A DNA stretch of 38,757 nt, taken from a candidate division WOR-3 bacterium (GTDB lineage: Bacteria > Hydrothermota > Hydrothermia > LBFQ01). The notes beneath the pieces are model-generated. The model saw only the letters and a program-made list of their open reading frames with translations. It searched no databases and was not told where the DNA came from. Within the stretch, counting starts at the first letter, position 1. Each line of letters starts with the position of its first letter. The position numbers and the translations under genes were made by a program. Below are positions 1 to 8,191 of this stretch, piece after piece. Location: contig JALUCS010000073.1 in NCBI GenBank assembly GCA_027050205.1, positions 1 through 38,757 on the forward strand. Reading direction: 5' to 3'.

Positions 1-122
1 AAGGATGACCGCGACCCGGCATTACGGACGGAGGAGTAAAGGTCTTCTCACCGGACGGTAGGTTCCTGTACCCGCCAACCTCAAGCGGGGTATAAATTTC
101 CCACACGGCCCGCATTCAGCAG

Positions 123-128
123 TATAAT
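123..128 (+). promoter_or_regulatory. Putative -10 box for the tRNA-Trp/rpl/rpo operon
   Basis: Perfect TATAAT 35 nt upstream of the tRNA; no convincing -35 box. Confidence 0.45.
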
Positions 129-163
129 ACCTTCCGCATCCGCCGGGAGGGTGTTTTTAACGT

Positions 164-236
164 AGGGCCGTAGCTCAACTGGAAGAGCGGCGGATTCCAA
201 ATCCGCAGGTTGGGGGTTCGAGTCCCTCCGGCCCTG
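164..236 (+). tRNA. trnW: tRNA-Trp (CCA), 3' CCA not encoded
   Basis: Cloverleaf with acceptor AGGGCCG/CGGCCCT, anticodon arm GCGGA-TTCCAAA-TCCGC (CCA at 197-199), T-loop GTTCGAGT and discriminator G236. Confidence 0.97.
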
Positions 237-239
237 CTT

Positions 240-407
240 ATGGCCAAGAAGACGCAGGGTAGGCATACGGTGGGGTTGAAATGTACTGTGTGCGGACGTT
301 TTAATTACGCCATAAGCAAGCAGAGGTCCAACCGTAAGAAGATAGAGCTGCGGAAGTACTGCAAGTGGTGCAGGAGGCATACCCTCCACAAGGAGGCCAG
401 GATATGA
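240..407 (+). CDS. rpmG: 50S ribosomal protein L33 (zinc-ribbon form)
   Basis: 55 aa with LKCTVC...NY...ELRKYCKWCRRHTLHKE. ATG at 240; the track start at 210 lies inside the tRNA. Confidence 0.96.
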   Translation: MAKKTQGRHTVGLKCTVCGRFNYAISKQRSNRKKIELRKYCKWCRRHTLHKEARI

Positions 408-640
408 ACGTGATCGGGTCCCTGAAGGAGACCCTCGGCAAGTTCTGGGACATGCTCGTCAACCTCCCCGAATTTATGGAGGGGATGAAGGAGGAGTTGG
501 GGAGGCTGACCTGGCCCGACTGGAACAGCCTCGTCGCTGGGACCCTCGGAGTGATAGCCATATCCGCCTTCACCACCCTCTTCATCTGGATCTCCGACTT
601 CGTAATATCGCGGGTCATCCTCGCAATACTCGGCGGATAA
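404..640 (+). CDS. secE: Preprotein translocase subunit SecE
   Basis: ELGRLTWP motif (variant of ELxKVxWP) followed by one TM helix; lies between rpmG and nusG; ATGA overlap with the rpmG stop. Confidence 0.9.
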   Translation: MNVIGSLKETLGKFWDMLVNLPEFMEGMKEELGRLTWPDWNSLVAGTLGVIAISAFTTLFIWISDFVISRVILAILGG

Positions 641-649
641 GGGGGGAGT

Positions 650-1570
650 ATGCCGGAGGTAAAGGAGAAGAACTGGCTTGTTTTCTGGACGGTATCCGGT
701 CAAGAACTTAGGACTAAGCGTAGGATTGAGAAGTTGGTTAAGGATCTCGGTTTGGAGGACAAGGTTGAGAGCGTATTCGTTCCCACCATCCGCACTACCC
801 GTTTCATAAAGCGGAAGCGTAGGCCCCGTCTCGTAGACGTGATAATAGAGGACTGGGGGGACAGCCTCCCCCTGGATTTCATCAAGTTCGTCCAGCCCTA
901 CCCCATAGGTTTCAAGGGTAAGCCCGTCGGGGAACTTCCCTACGCCTACGAGGAGTTGAAGAGGGGGCTGTACCGCTTCCACAAGGTGGACAGGTACCGC
1001 CTTGAGGACCTGTTCCGTACCCTCCGAAACTACGGCCTCTACCCCGTCATCCTCGGCGTCAACGAGAAGGAGATGGCCAAGTACGAGGACAAGTTCAAGG
1101 AGTGGGGGATAACCTTCAAGACCACAAAGAGCGCCATAAAGCCCGCCCCCGGCCAGTACGAGGTCGTAGAGGAGAAGAGGATCGTAGAGAAGCCCATCTA
1201 CAGGGGTTACCTCTTCATTCGGATGGAGGAGGACCAGAGGGTCATAGACCAGATCACCCAGATCATCTCCCGGACGAGGCCGATAAGGGCGCAGGACCCC
1301 GAAACCGGCGAACCGACCTACATGAAGATGTCCGAGGAGGAGATAAAGCGGATAGAGGAACTCATCCGTCAGCAGGAGGAGGAGAGCAAGCGGAAGCTCC
1401 CCTTCGTTGAGGGCGACCGTGTGCGCGTCGTTGAAGGGGCCTTTAAGGGCCGGGAGGGTACGGTTGTCGCCGTGGACGGGAACAAGGGGATAGTGAAGGT
1501 GAAGGTGAAGGAGTTCGGCAAGTACCTGGAGCTGGACTTCAAGTTTTCTATGGTAGAAAGGATAAGCTAA
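650..1570 (+). CDS. nusG: Transcription factor NusG with a large insertion in the NGN domain
   Basis: NGN motifs (W...[18 protein letters not shown]) and KOW domain ([18 protein letters not shown]); secE-nusG-rplK synteny; 306 aa. Confidence 0.95.
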   Translation: MPEVKEKNWLVFWTVSGQELRTKRRIEKLVKDLGLEDKVESVFVPTIRTTRFIKRKRRPRLVDVIIEDWGDSLPLDFIKFVQPYPIGFKGKPVGELPYAYEELKRGLYRFHKVDRYRLEDLFRTLRNYGLYPVILGVNEKEMAKYEDKFKEWGITFKTTKSAIKPAPGQYEVVEEKRIVEKPIYRGYLFIRMEEDQRVIDQITQIISRTRPIRAQDPETGEPTYMKMSEEEIKRIEELIRQQEEESKRKLPFVEGDRVRVVEGAFKGREGTVVAVDGNKGIVKVKVKEFGKYLELDFKFSMVERIS

Positions 1571-1583
1571 GGAGGTTGAAAAA

Positions 1584-2024
1584 ATGGCCAGGAAAAGGAA
1601 GAAGGAGGTCGTGGCGGTAGTCAAACTTCAGCTCCCTGCGGGGCAGGCCTCTCCCGCGCCGCCCGTAGGTCCTACCCTTAGCCCTCACGGTATCAACCTG
1701 ATGCAGTTCGTCAAGCAGTTCAACGATGCCACGAGGGACAAGATGGGTCTGATAATACCCGTCGTAATCACCATCTACAAGGACAGGACGTTTGACCTGG
1801 AGTTCAAGACGCCACCGGCCTCCGTACTTCTGAAGAAGGCTGCGGGCGTTGAGAAGGGTGCCAGCGAACCCGGTAAGCAGGTGGTCGGCACCGTAAAGCG
1901 TTCCCAAGTGGTTGAGATAGCCAAGCAGAAGATGCCCGACCTCAACACCACGGACCTTGACGCCGCCGTTCGCATGATAGAGGGTACCGCCCGGAGTATG
2001 GGCATAAAGATAGTGGAGGGATAG
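1584..2024 (+). CDS. rplK: 50S ribosomal protein L11
   Basis: [23 protein letters not shown] and [10 protein letters not shown] motifs. Confidence 0.99.
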   Translation: MARKRKKEVVAVVKLQLPAGQASPAPPVGPTLSPHGINLMQFVKQFNDATRDKMGLIIPVVITIYKDRTFDLEFKTPPASVLLKKAAGVEKGASEPGKQVVGTVKRSQVVEIAKQKMPDLNTTDLDAAVRMIEGTARSMGIKIVEG

Positions 2025-2025
2025 C

Positions 2026-2751
2026 ATGGCCAAGGTCGGTAAGAGGTACCGCAAGCTCTTAGAGCTGTACGACCCGCACAAGGCCTACCCTCTCAAGGAG
2101 GCCGTGGAGATAGCCCGGAAGTTCCAGAGCGCCCGCTTCACCGAGTCCGTGGAGCTCCACGCCAAGTTAAACATAGACCCCCGCAAGCCGGAGCAGAACA
2201 TCCGTATCCCCGTCGTCCTCCCCCATGGCACTGGCAGAAAAGTAAGGGTCCTGGTCCTCACCAGCGACCCCGAGAAGGAGAAGGAGGCAAAGGAGGCGGG
2301 AGCCGACTACGTGGGCTTCAAGGAGTACATAGACAAGATAAAGCAGGGATGGCTTGAGTTTGACGCCGTGGTGGCCACGCCGGAGGCCATGCGGGAGGTG
2401 GGTAAGCTCGGTAGGATCCTCGGTCCCCGTGGCCTCATGCCCAGTCCCAAGACGGGTACGGTGACCAAAAACGTCGGGGACGTTGTCAGGGAACTGAAGA
2501 AGGGCCGTGTTGAGATAAGGAACGACAAGACCGGGAACGTCCACGTCATAATCGGCAAGACCAACTTCACCCCGGAGCAGCTCTACGAGAACGCCCTGAC
2601 CGTCCTTGAGGAGATCGCCCGTAACCGCCCCCAGGGCGTCAAGGGGAGCCTCTTCAAGTCCGTCTACGTCACCACCACCATGGGGCCGTCCGTCAAGGTG
2701 GACTTGAACGACATAACGAACATCCTGCGGAGCAGGGGGGTTAAGGTATGA
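2026..2751 (+). CDS. rplA: 50S ribosomal protein L1
   Basis: LPHGTG, LGRILGPRGLMPSPKTGTV and TTMGP motifs. Confidence 0.99.
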   Translation: MAKVGKRYRKLLELYDPHKAYPLKEAVEIARKFQSARFTESVELHAKLNIDPRKPEQNIRIPVVLPHGTGRKVRVLVLTSDPEKEKEAKEAGADYVGFKEYIDKIKQGWLEFDAVVATPEAMREVGKLGRILGPRGLMPSPKTGTVTKNVGDVVRELKKGRVEIRNDKTGNVHVIIGKTNFTPEQLYENALTVLEEIARNRPQGVKGSLFKSVYVTTTMGPSVKVDLNDITNILRSRGVKV

Positions 2752-3272
2752 AGACCAGAGAGTGGAAGACCAAGATGTTGGAGCAGCTCCGCCAGTGGGG
2801 CGAGGAGGCTACTATGATAGCCCTATTTGACTTCAAGGGCCTCACCGTGGCGGAGATGAACGACCTTCGGAAGCAGCTCAAACAGAAGGGTTACGCCGTA
2901 AAGGTCGTAAAGAACAACCTGATGAAGCTCGCCCTTCAGGAGAAGGTGCCGGAGATAGTGGACGTCCTCGTCGGCCCCACGGCCATAATCGTGTCCTTCG
3001 GGGACGAGGTGGAGCCGGTGAAGATCTTCGCCGACTTCTCCAAGGAGGTGGAGAAGGGCGAGTTCAAGGCCGCCATAATGCACGGCCAGTTCCTGAACAA
3101 GGACGAGGTCCTGCGTCTGTCCAAGCTCCCCTCAGCCCAGGAGCTGCGGGCGCAGGTCGTGGGGGCTGTAGCCGGTCCCCTCTACGGCATAGTGGGGGTC
3201 TTGAGCGGTGTGATGAGGAGCCTCGTCTATGCGCTTAACGCCATAAAGGAAAAGAAAGAAAAGGAGGGTTAA
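2748..3272 (+). CDS. rplJ: 50S ribosomal protein L10
   Basis: GLTVAEMNDLR, VVKNNL and LSKLPS motifs; the long C-terminal helix is compatible with three L12-dimer binding segments. Confidence 0.97.
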   Translation: MKTREWKTKMLEQLRQWGEEATMIALFDFKGLTVAEMNDLRKQLKQKGYAVKVVKNNLMKLALQEKVPEIVDVLVGPTAIIVSFGDEVEPVKIFADFSKEVEKGEFKAAIMHGQFLNKDEVLRLSKLPSAQELRAQVVGAVAGPLYGIVGVLSGVMRSLVYALNAIKEKKEKEG

Positions 3273-3275
3273 AAG

Positions 3276-3665
3276 ATGACCGAGAAGAAGCTTTCAGTGG
3301 AGGAGATCGTAGCCGCAATTGAGCAGCTTACCGTGCTGGAGCTCGCCGAGCTTGTCAAGGCCCTTGAGGACAAGTTCGGCGTGAGTGCGGCCGCTCCCGT
3401 GGCCGTGGCCGCCGTTCCCGGTGCCGCCGCCGGCGCCGAGGCCCAGGAGGAGGAGAAGACCTCCTTTGACGTCGTCCTCACGGCCATAGACAACAAGATC
3501 AAGGCCCTCAAGGTCATCCGCGAGGTCACCGGTGTGGGCCTCAAGGAGGCCAAGGAGATGATAGAGGGCCTGCCCAAGGTCATAAAGGAGGGCGTCTCCA
3601 AGGAAGAGGCCGAGGAGATCAAGAAGAAGTTCGAGGCGGCCGGAGCCAAGGTTGAGCTCAAGTGA
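3276..3665 (+). CDS. rplL: 50S ribosomal protein L7/L12
   Basis: [24 protein letters not shown], Ala-rich hinge, [10 protein letters not shown]...GLKEAK...GVSKEEA. Confidence 0.99.
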   Translation: MTEKKLSVEEIVAAIEQLTVLELAELVKALEDKFGVSAAAPVAVAAVPGAAAGAEAQEEEKTSFDVVLTAIDNKIKALKVIREVTGVGLKEAKEMIEGLPKVIKEGVSKEEAEEIKKKFEAAGAKVELK

Positions 3666-3683
3666 TCCCGCGCATAAGGCTGC

Positions 3684-3717
3684 GAGGGGAAGTCTCTACG
3701 GGGGGCTTCCCCTCTTT
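3684..3717 (+). terminator. Hairpin/attenuator between rplL and rpoB
   Basis: GAGGGGAAG...CTTCCCCTC stem, extendable with G-U pairs, followed by TTT; same position as the E. coli rplL-rpoB attenuator. Confidence 0.6.
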
Positions 3718-3738
3718 GGCGTTTAACAGGAGGGGGAC

Positions 3739-6700
3739 ATGGTAGAACCCGTGAGGGTAGGTAAGATAGAGGAGAAAGACATACCGTACCTCTTGGCCCT
3801 GCAGCTGAAGTCCTACGACGACTTTCTGGCCGAGAGGTTCAACGTCTTCTGGAGTCCCACAGGCAGGGGTTCCGCCTTTTTGAACTTCGTAAGGGACTTC
3901 ACGGATAGGTTTGCCCTCGCCATCAAGGTCTCCAAGGGTAAGACGAGCGAGAGGTACGAGAAGGCGAGGGAGATAGAGGAACGACTCCGTGAGCTCTTCG
4001 GTGATGAGGTGGTGAGGGAGGACATACCGAAGCCCCAGCAGCACTACATCATTCTGCCCAAGAGGAGCTACTCCAAGGAGGAGATAAAGGAGATCTTTGA
4101 AATAGCGAGCCAGTACGCCTCTCCGTACGAGGCGAAGGTCGGATTCGTAGGCCTGTCTAAGGATTCGCTTGGGGAGTTCCACGAAGCCGTAGCCAACAGG
4201 CTCGGCTCTTTGAGGTACGAGGTGGAGGAGTCCTTCTTTGACCACTCGGACCCCAGGTCCCGGACGAGCCTCCACCAGATATTCCGGGAGATCTTCCCCA
4301 TACAGAGTACGTCCGGGCGGGTAGAGATAGAGTACCACGACTACAGGGTGGGTAAGCCGGTGAGGACGGCAGAGGACGCCAAGAAGAAGGACCTGACCTA
4401 CTCCGTCCCCATCCACATAAGGGTGACCGAGAGGGTGTTTGACGAGAGCGGCATAATGGAGGAGGAGAGGGAGGACATCGTCTACTTCACCGACATCCCC
4501 TATATGACCGAGAGGGGAACCTTCGTCATCCAGGGCGTTGAGAGGGTGGTCATAAGCCAGATACACCGGTCCCCCGGTATCTACTTCGTCATAGACGAGG
4601 AGGGGTTAAACAAGATCTTCAAGGCCCTCCTCATACCCTACCGCGGCCCGTGGATGGAGCTGCGGATAGAGGGCGAGAAGGGGATATACTTCGTCCTCCG
4701 TAAGAGGAAGTTCTACCTCACCCGTTTCCTGCGTTTCATGGGGCTTGAGACCCCCAGACAGATAGTGAAGGTGGCCATCGGCAACATAGCGAAGGAGGTA
4801 CCCATCTCCGAGGCCGAGGGCTACATCCTCGCCGAGGACGTCGTATCAGAGGACGGCGAGATCATCGTCCCGATGTTTAAGGAGTCCAAGAAGGACAAGA
4901 ACATAGAGCCGGTCCTGATAGACGAGGACGTCCTTGAGGCTCTGAAGGAGCATCGCATCACCAAGGTGAAGGTCTTTGACCCCAAGGACCCGGCCGTAGC
5001 CCTGATATACAAGGCCCTGCGGGACGACAAGATGCGCACCAAGGAGGAGGCCATAAGGTTCATATACCGTACGATCAGGTTCTCCTCCTCAACGCTTGAG
5101 ACGGCGGAGGAGTTCCTGCGGGCCTACTTCTTCTCCCCCGACAAGACCTTCCTCGGAAGGGTGGGGCGGTACAAGATAAACGCCCGCCTTGACTTTGAGA
5201 GGCACTTGAGGGACCTTGAGGGGTACGGGGTACCCGGTGAGGACGTGGAGTGGTTCACGGAGGAGGATTTCATCGTAGCCCTGCGTGAGCTGATAGCCCT
5301 CTACAGGGGTGAGGGTGAGGAGGACGACATAGACGACCTCGCCCACAGGCGTATAAAGAGGGTGGGAGAGCAGCTCTACGAGGCCGTAAGGACGGAGTTC
5401 ATAAGGACGTCCAAGGGTATCCGTGAGAAGCTCATAGACGAGGAGAGTTCCCTGCGTAAGATAGTGCATCCTAAGATCGTATCCCGCTCCGTCGTGGCTT
5501 TCTTCACCCAAAACAGCCTCTCCCAGCTTCTGGATCAGACCAACCCCCTCGCTGAGCTTACCAACAAGAGGCGTATCTCCGCCCTCGGTAAGGGAGGGCT
5601 TACCCGTGAGACGGCCACCCTTGAGGTGAGGGACGTCCACCCCTCCCACTACGGCCGCATCTGTCCCATAGAGACCCCCGAAGGCCAGAACATCGGTCTG
5701 ATACTATCCCCCACGGTGTATGCCCGCATAAACGACCTCGGCTTCCTTGAGACGCCGATAGTGAAGGTGGAGAACGGCAAGGTGACCAACGAGGTGAGGT
5801 ACGTCGCCCCCCACGAGGATTACGACCTCCGCATCGCCCCAGCCGACCTGCCGATTCACCCCCGGACCAAGCTCATAAAGAAGGCCAAGAACATCATCGT
5901 CAGGCACCGCCGCAACTACATCTTCGTGGATAGGGAGCATATAGACTACATAGACCTCTCACCGAGGCAGATCATATCCCCCTCCACCTCCCTCATACCC
6001 TTCCTTGAGTACGACGACGCCAACCGCGCCCTGATGGGTTCTAACATGCAGCGTCAGGCCGTTCCGCTCCTCAACCCGGAGGCCCCCCTGGTGGGTACGG
6101 GGATGGAGGAGAAGATAGCCAGGGATAGCGGGGCCGTGGTCGTGGCGGAAGAGGACGGTGAGGTGGCCTACGTAGACTACAACAAGATAATGATCCGTCC
6201 GGAGGGGGCGAAGTTCAATCTGAAGACCTACAACCTCCGGGTGTTTGAGAGGTCCGGGCAGAACACCATCATACACTACGTCCCCCGTGTCAGGAAAGGG
6301 CAGAAGGTGAAGAAGGGAGACATCCTGGCCGAGAGCCTGTCCTCGGTCGGTGGGGAGATCTCCCTCGGAAGGAACCTGACCGTGGCCTTCATGCCCTGGT
6401 ACGGGTACAACTTTGAGGACGCCATAGTCATATCCGACCGGATAGTGACGGACGACCTCCTAACGTCCATACACATCCTTGAGTTCACGGCCGAGGTGCT
6501 GGACACCCGCCTTGGACCGGAGGTGGTGACGCCGGAGCCTTACAAGGAGAACCCTTCCCGTCTGAAGCACCTGGACGAGTACGGAATAGCCCGCATAGGT
6601 ACGAAGGTGGCCCCGAGGGACATCTTAGTGGGTAAGAACACGCCGAGGGAGGAGAAGAAGTTCAGCGAGCTGTCCCCGGAGGAGAAGCTCCTGATGTCCA

Positions 6701-8181
6701 TCTTCGGGGAGAAGTCCCGTCCGTGGAAGAACACCTCCCTGCGGGTGCCTCCGAGCGTGTACGGAACCGTCATCGGCGTTGAGATACTGACCCGGAACCT
6801 ACCCGACGACCCCATAGCCTTTGGAATGAACGACAAGGAGGGGAACTTCATACCCGGAGAGCTCTACGTTGATGACAGCGTGCGACCGGACCAGCCTTTG
6901 CCCAAGGACAGGCCAATAGGCCCCCGTCAGAAGAAGCTCCTTGACGAGATAAACCTCCGGATAGACGACCTAAGGAGTACGTTGAGGGAATCCCTGTCCA
7001 TAGCCCTCGGCCACAAGGTGAGAAAGCCCATCTACGTCCGAAAGGGCGGGGAGCTGGTTGAGGTCCTGAAGGCCGGGGAGGAGGTAACCCTTGAGTTCCT
7101 CCAGAGCGTAGACCCCTTGAGGCTGGTGGTTGAGAGCGGCACCTTTGAGGACAAGGACGTAGAGAACGAGGTCATAAAGACGATAGAGGACGGACAGGAG
7201 ACCTACGAGAGGTTGATGGAGGAGTACGACGAGGGCCTCAATATGATCCGCCGCGGGGACGACCTACCCGCCGGTGTGCGCCAGGTCATAAAGGTCTATA
7301 TAGCCCAGAAGCGTAAGATAAAGGTCGGGGACAAGTTGGCCGGCCGCCACGGAAACAAGGGCGTCATCTCCATCATAGCCCCGAGGGCCGACATGCCCTT
7401 TATGGAGGACGGTACGCCCGTGGATGTGGTCCTCAACCCCCTCGGTGTCCCCTCCCGTATGAACTTCGGTCAGATCCTGGAGACCGTCCTCGGATACGCC
7501 GCCATAAAGAACACGGAGAAGCTCCGCAACCTCCTGAAGAGCAAGGCCCCCGTCTCGGAGATAAGGGAGTTCTTGATGAAGCTCTACGAGCCGCATAAGG
7601 ACGAGGACCTGAAGAGGTGGATAAAGGAGGCGGAGAAGGAGGACCTCCTCCACTTCGCCCAGCAGTTGGCGGAGAGGGGCATAAAGTACGCCGCTCCTGC
7701 CTTCCAGAGCCTAACGGTGGAGGAGGTGAAGGAGCAGCTGAAGTTGGCCGGCCTATCGGAGGACGGGAAGATGCGGCTTAGGGACGGACGAACGGGTGAG
7801 TATCTTGACTACCCCGTCACCGTCGGGTCAATGTATATAATGAAGCTGATCCACATGGCCGAGGACAAGATTCACGCCAGATCCACCGGTCCCTACTCCC
7901 TCATCACCCAGCAGCCGGTCGGTGGCCGCGCCCACATGGGAGGGCAGAGGTTCGGTGAGATGGAGGTATGGGCGCTTGAGGCCCACGGCTCGGCTTACGC
8001 CCTCTGGGAGATGCTCACCATCAAGTCCGACGACATCAAGGGTAGGGTGCAGACCTACAAGGCCATCCGCGAGGGTACGGAACCGCCTCTACCCTCCACA
8101 CCTGCCACCTTCCAAGTCCTCACCAAGTTCCTGAAGGCCCTCGCGATAGATTTGAAGATGGAAAGGGAAGAAGAAAAGTAA
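3739..8181 (+). CDS. rpoB: DNA-directed RNA polymerase subunit beta
   Basis: ERVVISQIHRSPG, RDVHPSHYGRICPIETPEG, GSNMQRQA, GDKLAGRHGNKG and GGQRFGEME motifs. Confidence 0.99.
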   Translation: MVEPVRVGKIEEKDIPYLLALQLKSYDDFLAERFNVFWSPTGRGSAFLNFVRDFTDRFALAIKVSKGKTSERYEKAREIEERLRELFGDEVVREDIPKPQQHYIILPKRSYSKEEIKEIFEIASQYASPYEAKVGFVGLSKDSLGEFHEAVANRLGSLRYEVEESFFDHSDPRSRTSLHQIFREIFPIQSTSGRVEIEYHDYRVGKPVRTAEDAKKKDLTYSVPIHIRVTERVFDESGIMEEEREDIVYFTDIPYMTERGTFVIQGVERVVISQIHRSPGIYFVIDEEGLNKIFKALLIPYRGPWMELRIEGEKGIYFVLRKRKFYLTRFLRFMGLETPRQIVKVAIGNIAKEVPISEAEGYILAEDVVSEDGEIIVPMFKESKKDKNIEPVLIDEDVLEALKEHRITKVKVFDPKDPAVALIYKALRDDKMRTKEEAIRFIYRTIRFSSSTLETAEEFLRAYFFSPDKTFLGRVGRYKINARLDFERHLRDLEGYGVPGEDVEWFTEEDFIVALRELIALYRGEGEEDDIDDLAHRRIKRVGEQLYEAVRTEFIRTSKGIREKLIDEESSLRKIVHPKIVSRSVVAFFTQNSLSQLLDQTNPLAELTNKRRISALGKGGLTRETATLEVRDVHPSHYGRICPIETPEGQNIGLILSPTVYARINDLGFLETPIVKVENGKVTNEVRYVAPHEDYDLRIAPADLPIHPRTKLIKKAKNIIVRHRRNYIFVDREHIDYIDLSPRQIISPSTSLIPFLEYDDANRALMGSNMQRQAVPLLNPEAPLVGTGMEEKIARDSGAVVVAEEDGEVAYVDYNKIMIRPEGAKFNLKTYNLRVFERSGQNTIIHYVPRVRKGQKVKKGDILAESLSSVGGEISLGRNLTVAFMPWYGYNFEDAIVISDRIVTDDLLTSIHILEFTAEVLDTRLGPEVVTPEPYKENPSRLKHLDEYGIARIGTKVAPRDILVGKNTPREEKKFSELSPEEKLLMSIFGEKSRPWKNTSLRVPPSVYGTVIGVEILTRNLPDDPIAFGMNDKEGNFIPGELYVDDSVRPDQPLPKDRPIGPRQKKLLDEINLRIDDLRSTLRESLSIALGHKVRKPIYVRKGGELVEVLKAGEEVTLEFLQSVDPLRLVVESGTFEDKDVENEVIKTIEDGQETYERLMEEYDEGLNMIRRGDDLPAGVRQVIKVYIAQKRKIKVGDKLAGRHGNKGVISIIAPRADMPFMEDGTPVDVVLNPLGVPSRMNFGQILETVLGYAAIKNTEKLRNLLKSKAPVSEIREFLMKLYEPHKDEDLKRWIKEAEKEDLLHFAQQLAERGIKYAAPAFQSLTVEEVKEQLKLAGLSEDGKMRLRDGRTGEYLDYPVTVGSMYIMKLIHMAEDKIHARSTGPYSLITQQPVGGRAHMGGQRFGEMEVWALEAHGSAYALWEMLTIKSDDIKGRVQTYKAIREGTEPPLPSTPATFQVLTKFLKALAIDLKMEREEEK

Positions 8182-8191
8182 AGGGGGAGAT

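Noticed and set aside
1..93. Possible 3' end of an upstream gene (KDDRDPALRTEE* or GVKVFSPDGRFLY...*)
   Set aside because: Too short to fix the frame or the identity; it is not tuf.
3832..4239. Intein in RpoB
   Set aside because: No N-terminal Cys/Ser block and no His-Asn-(Cys/Ser/Thr) C-terminal junction.
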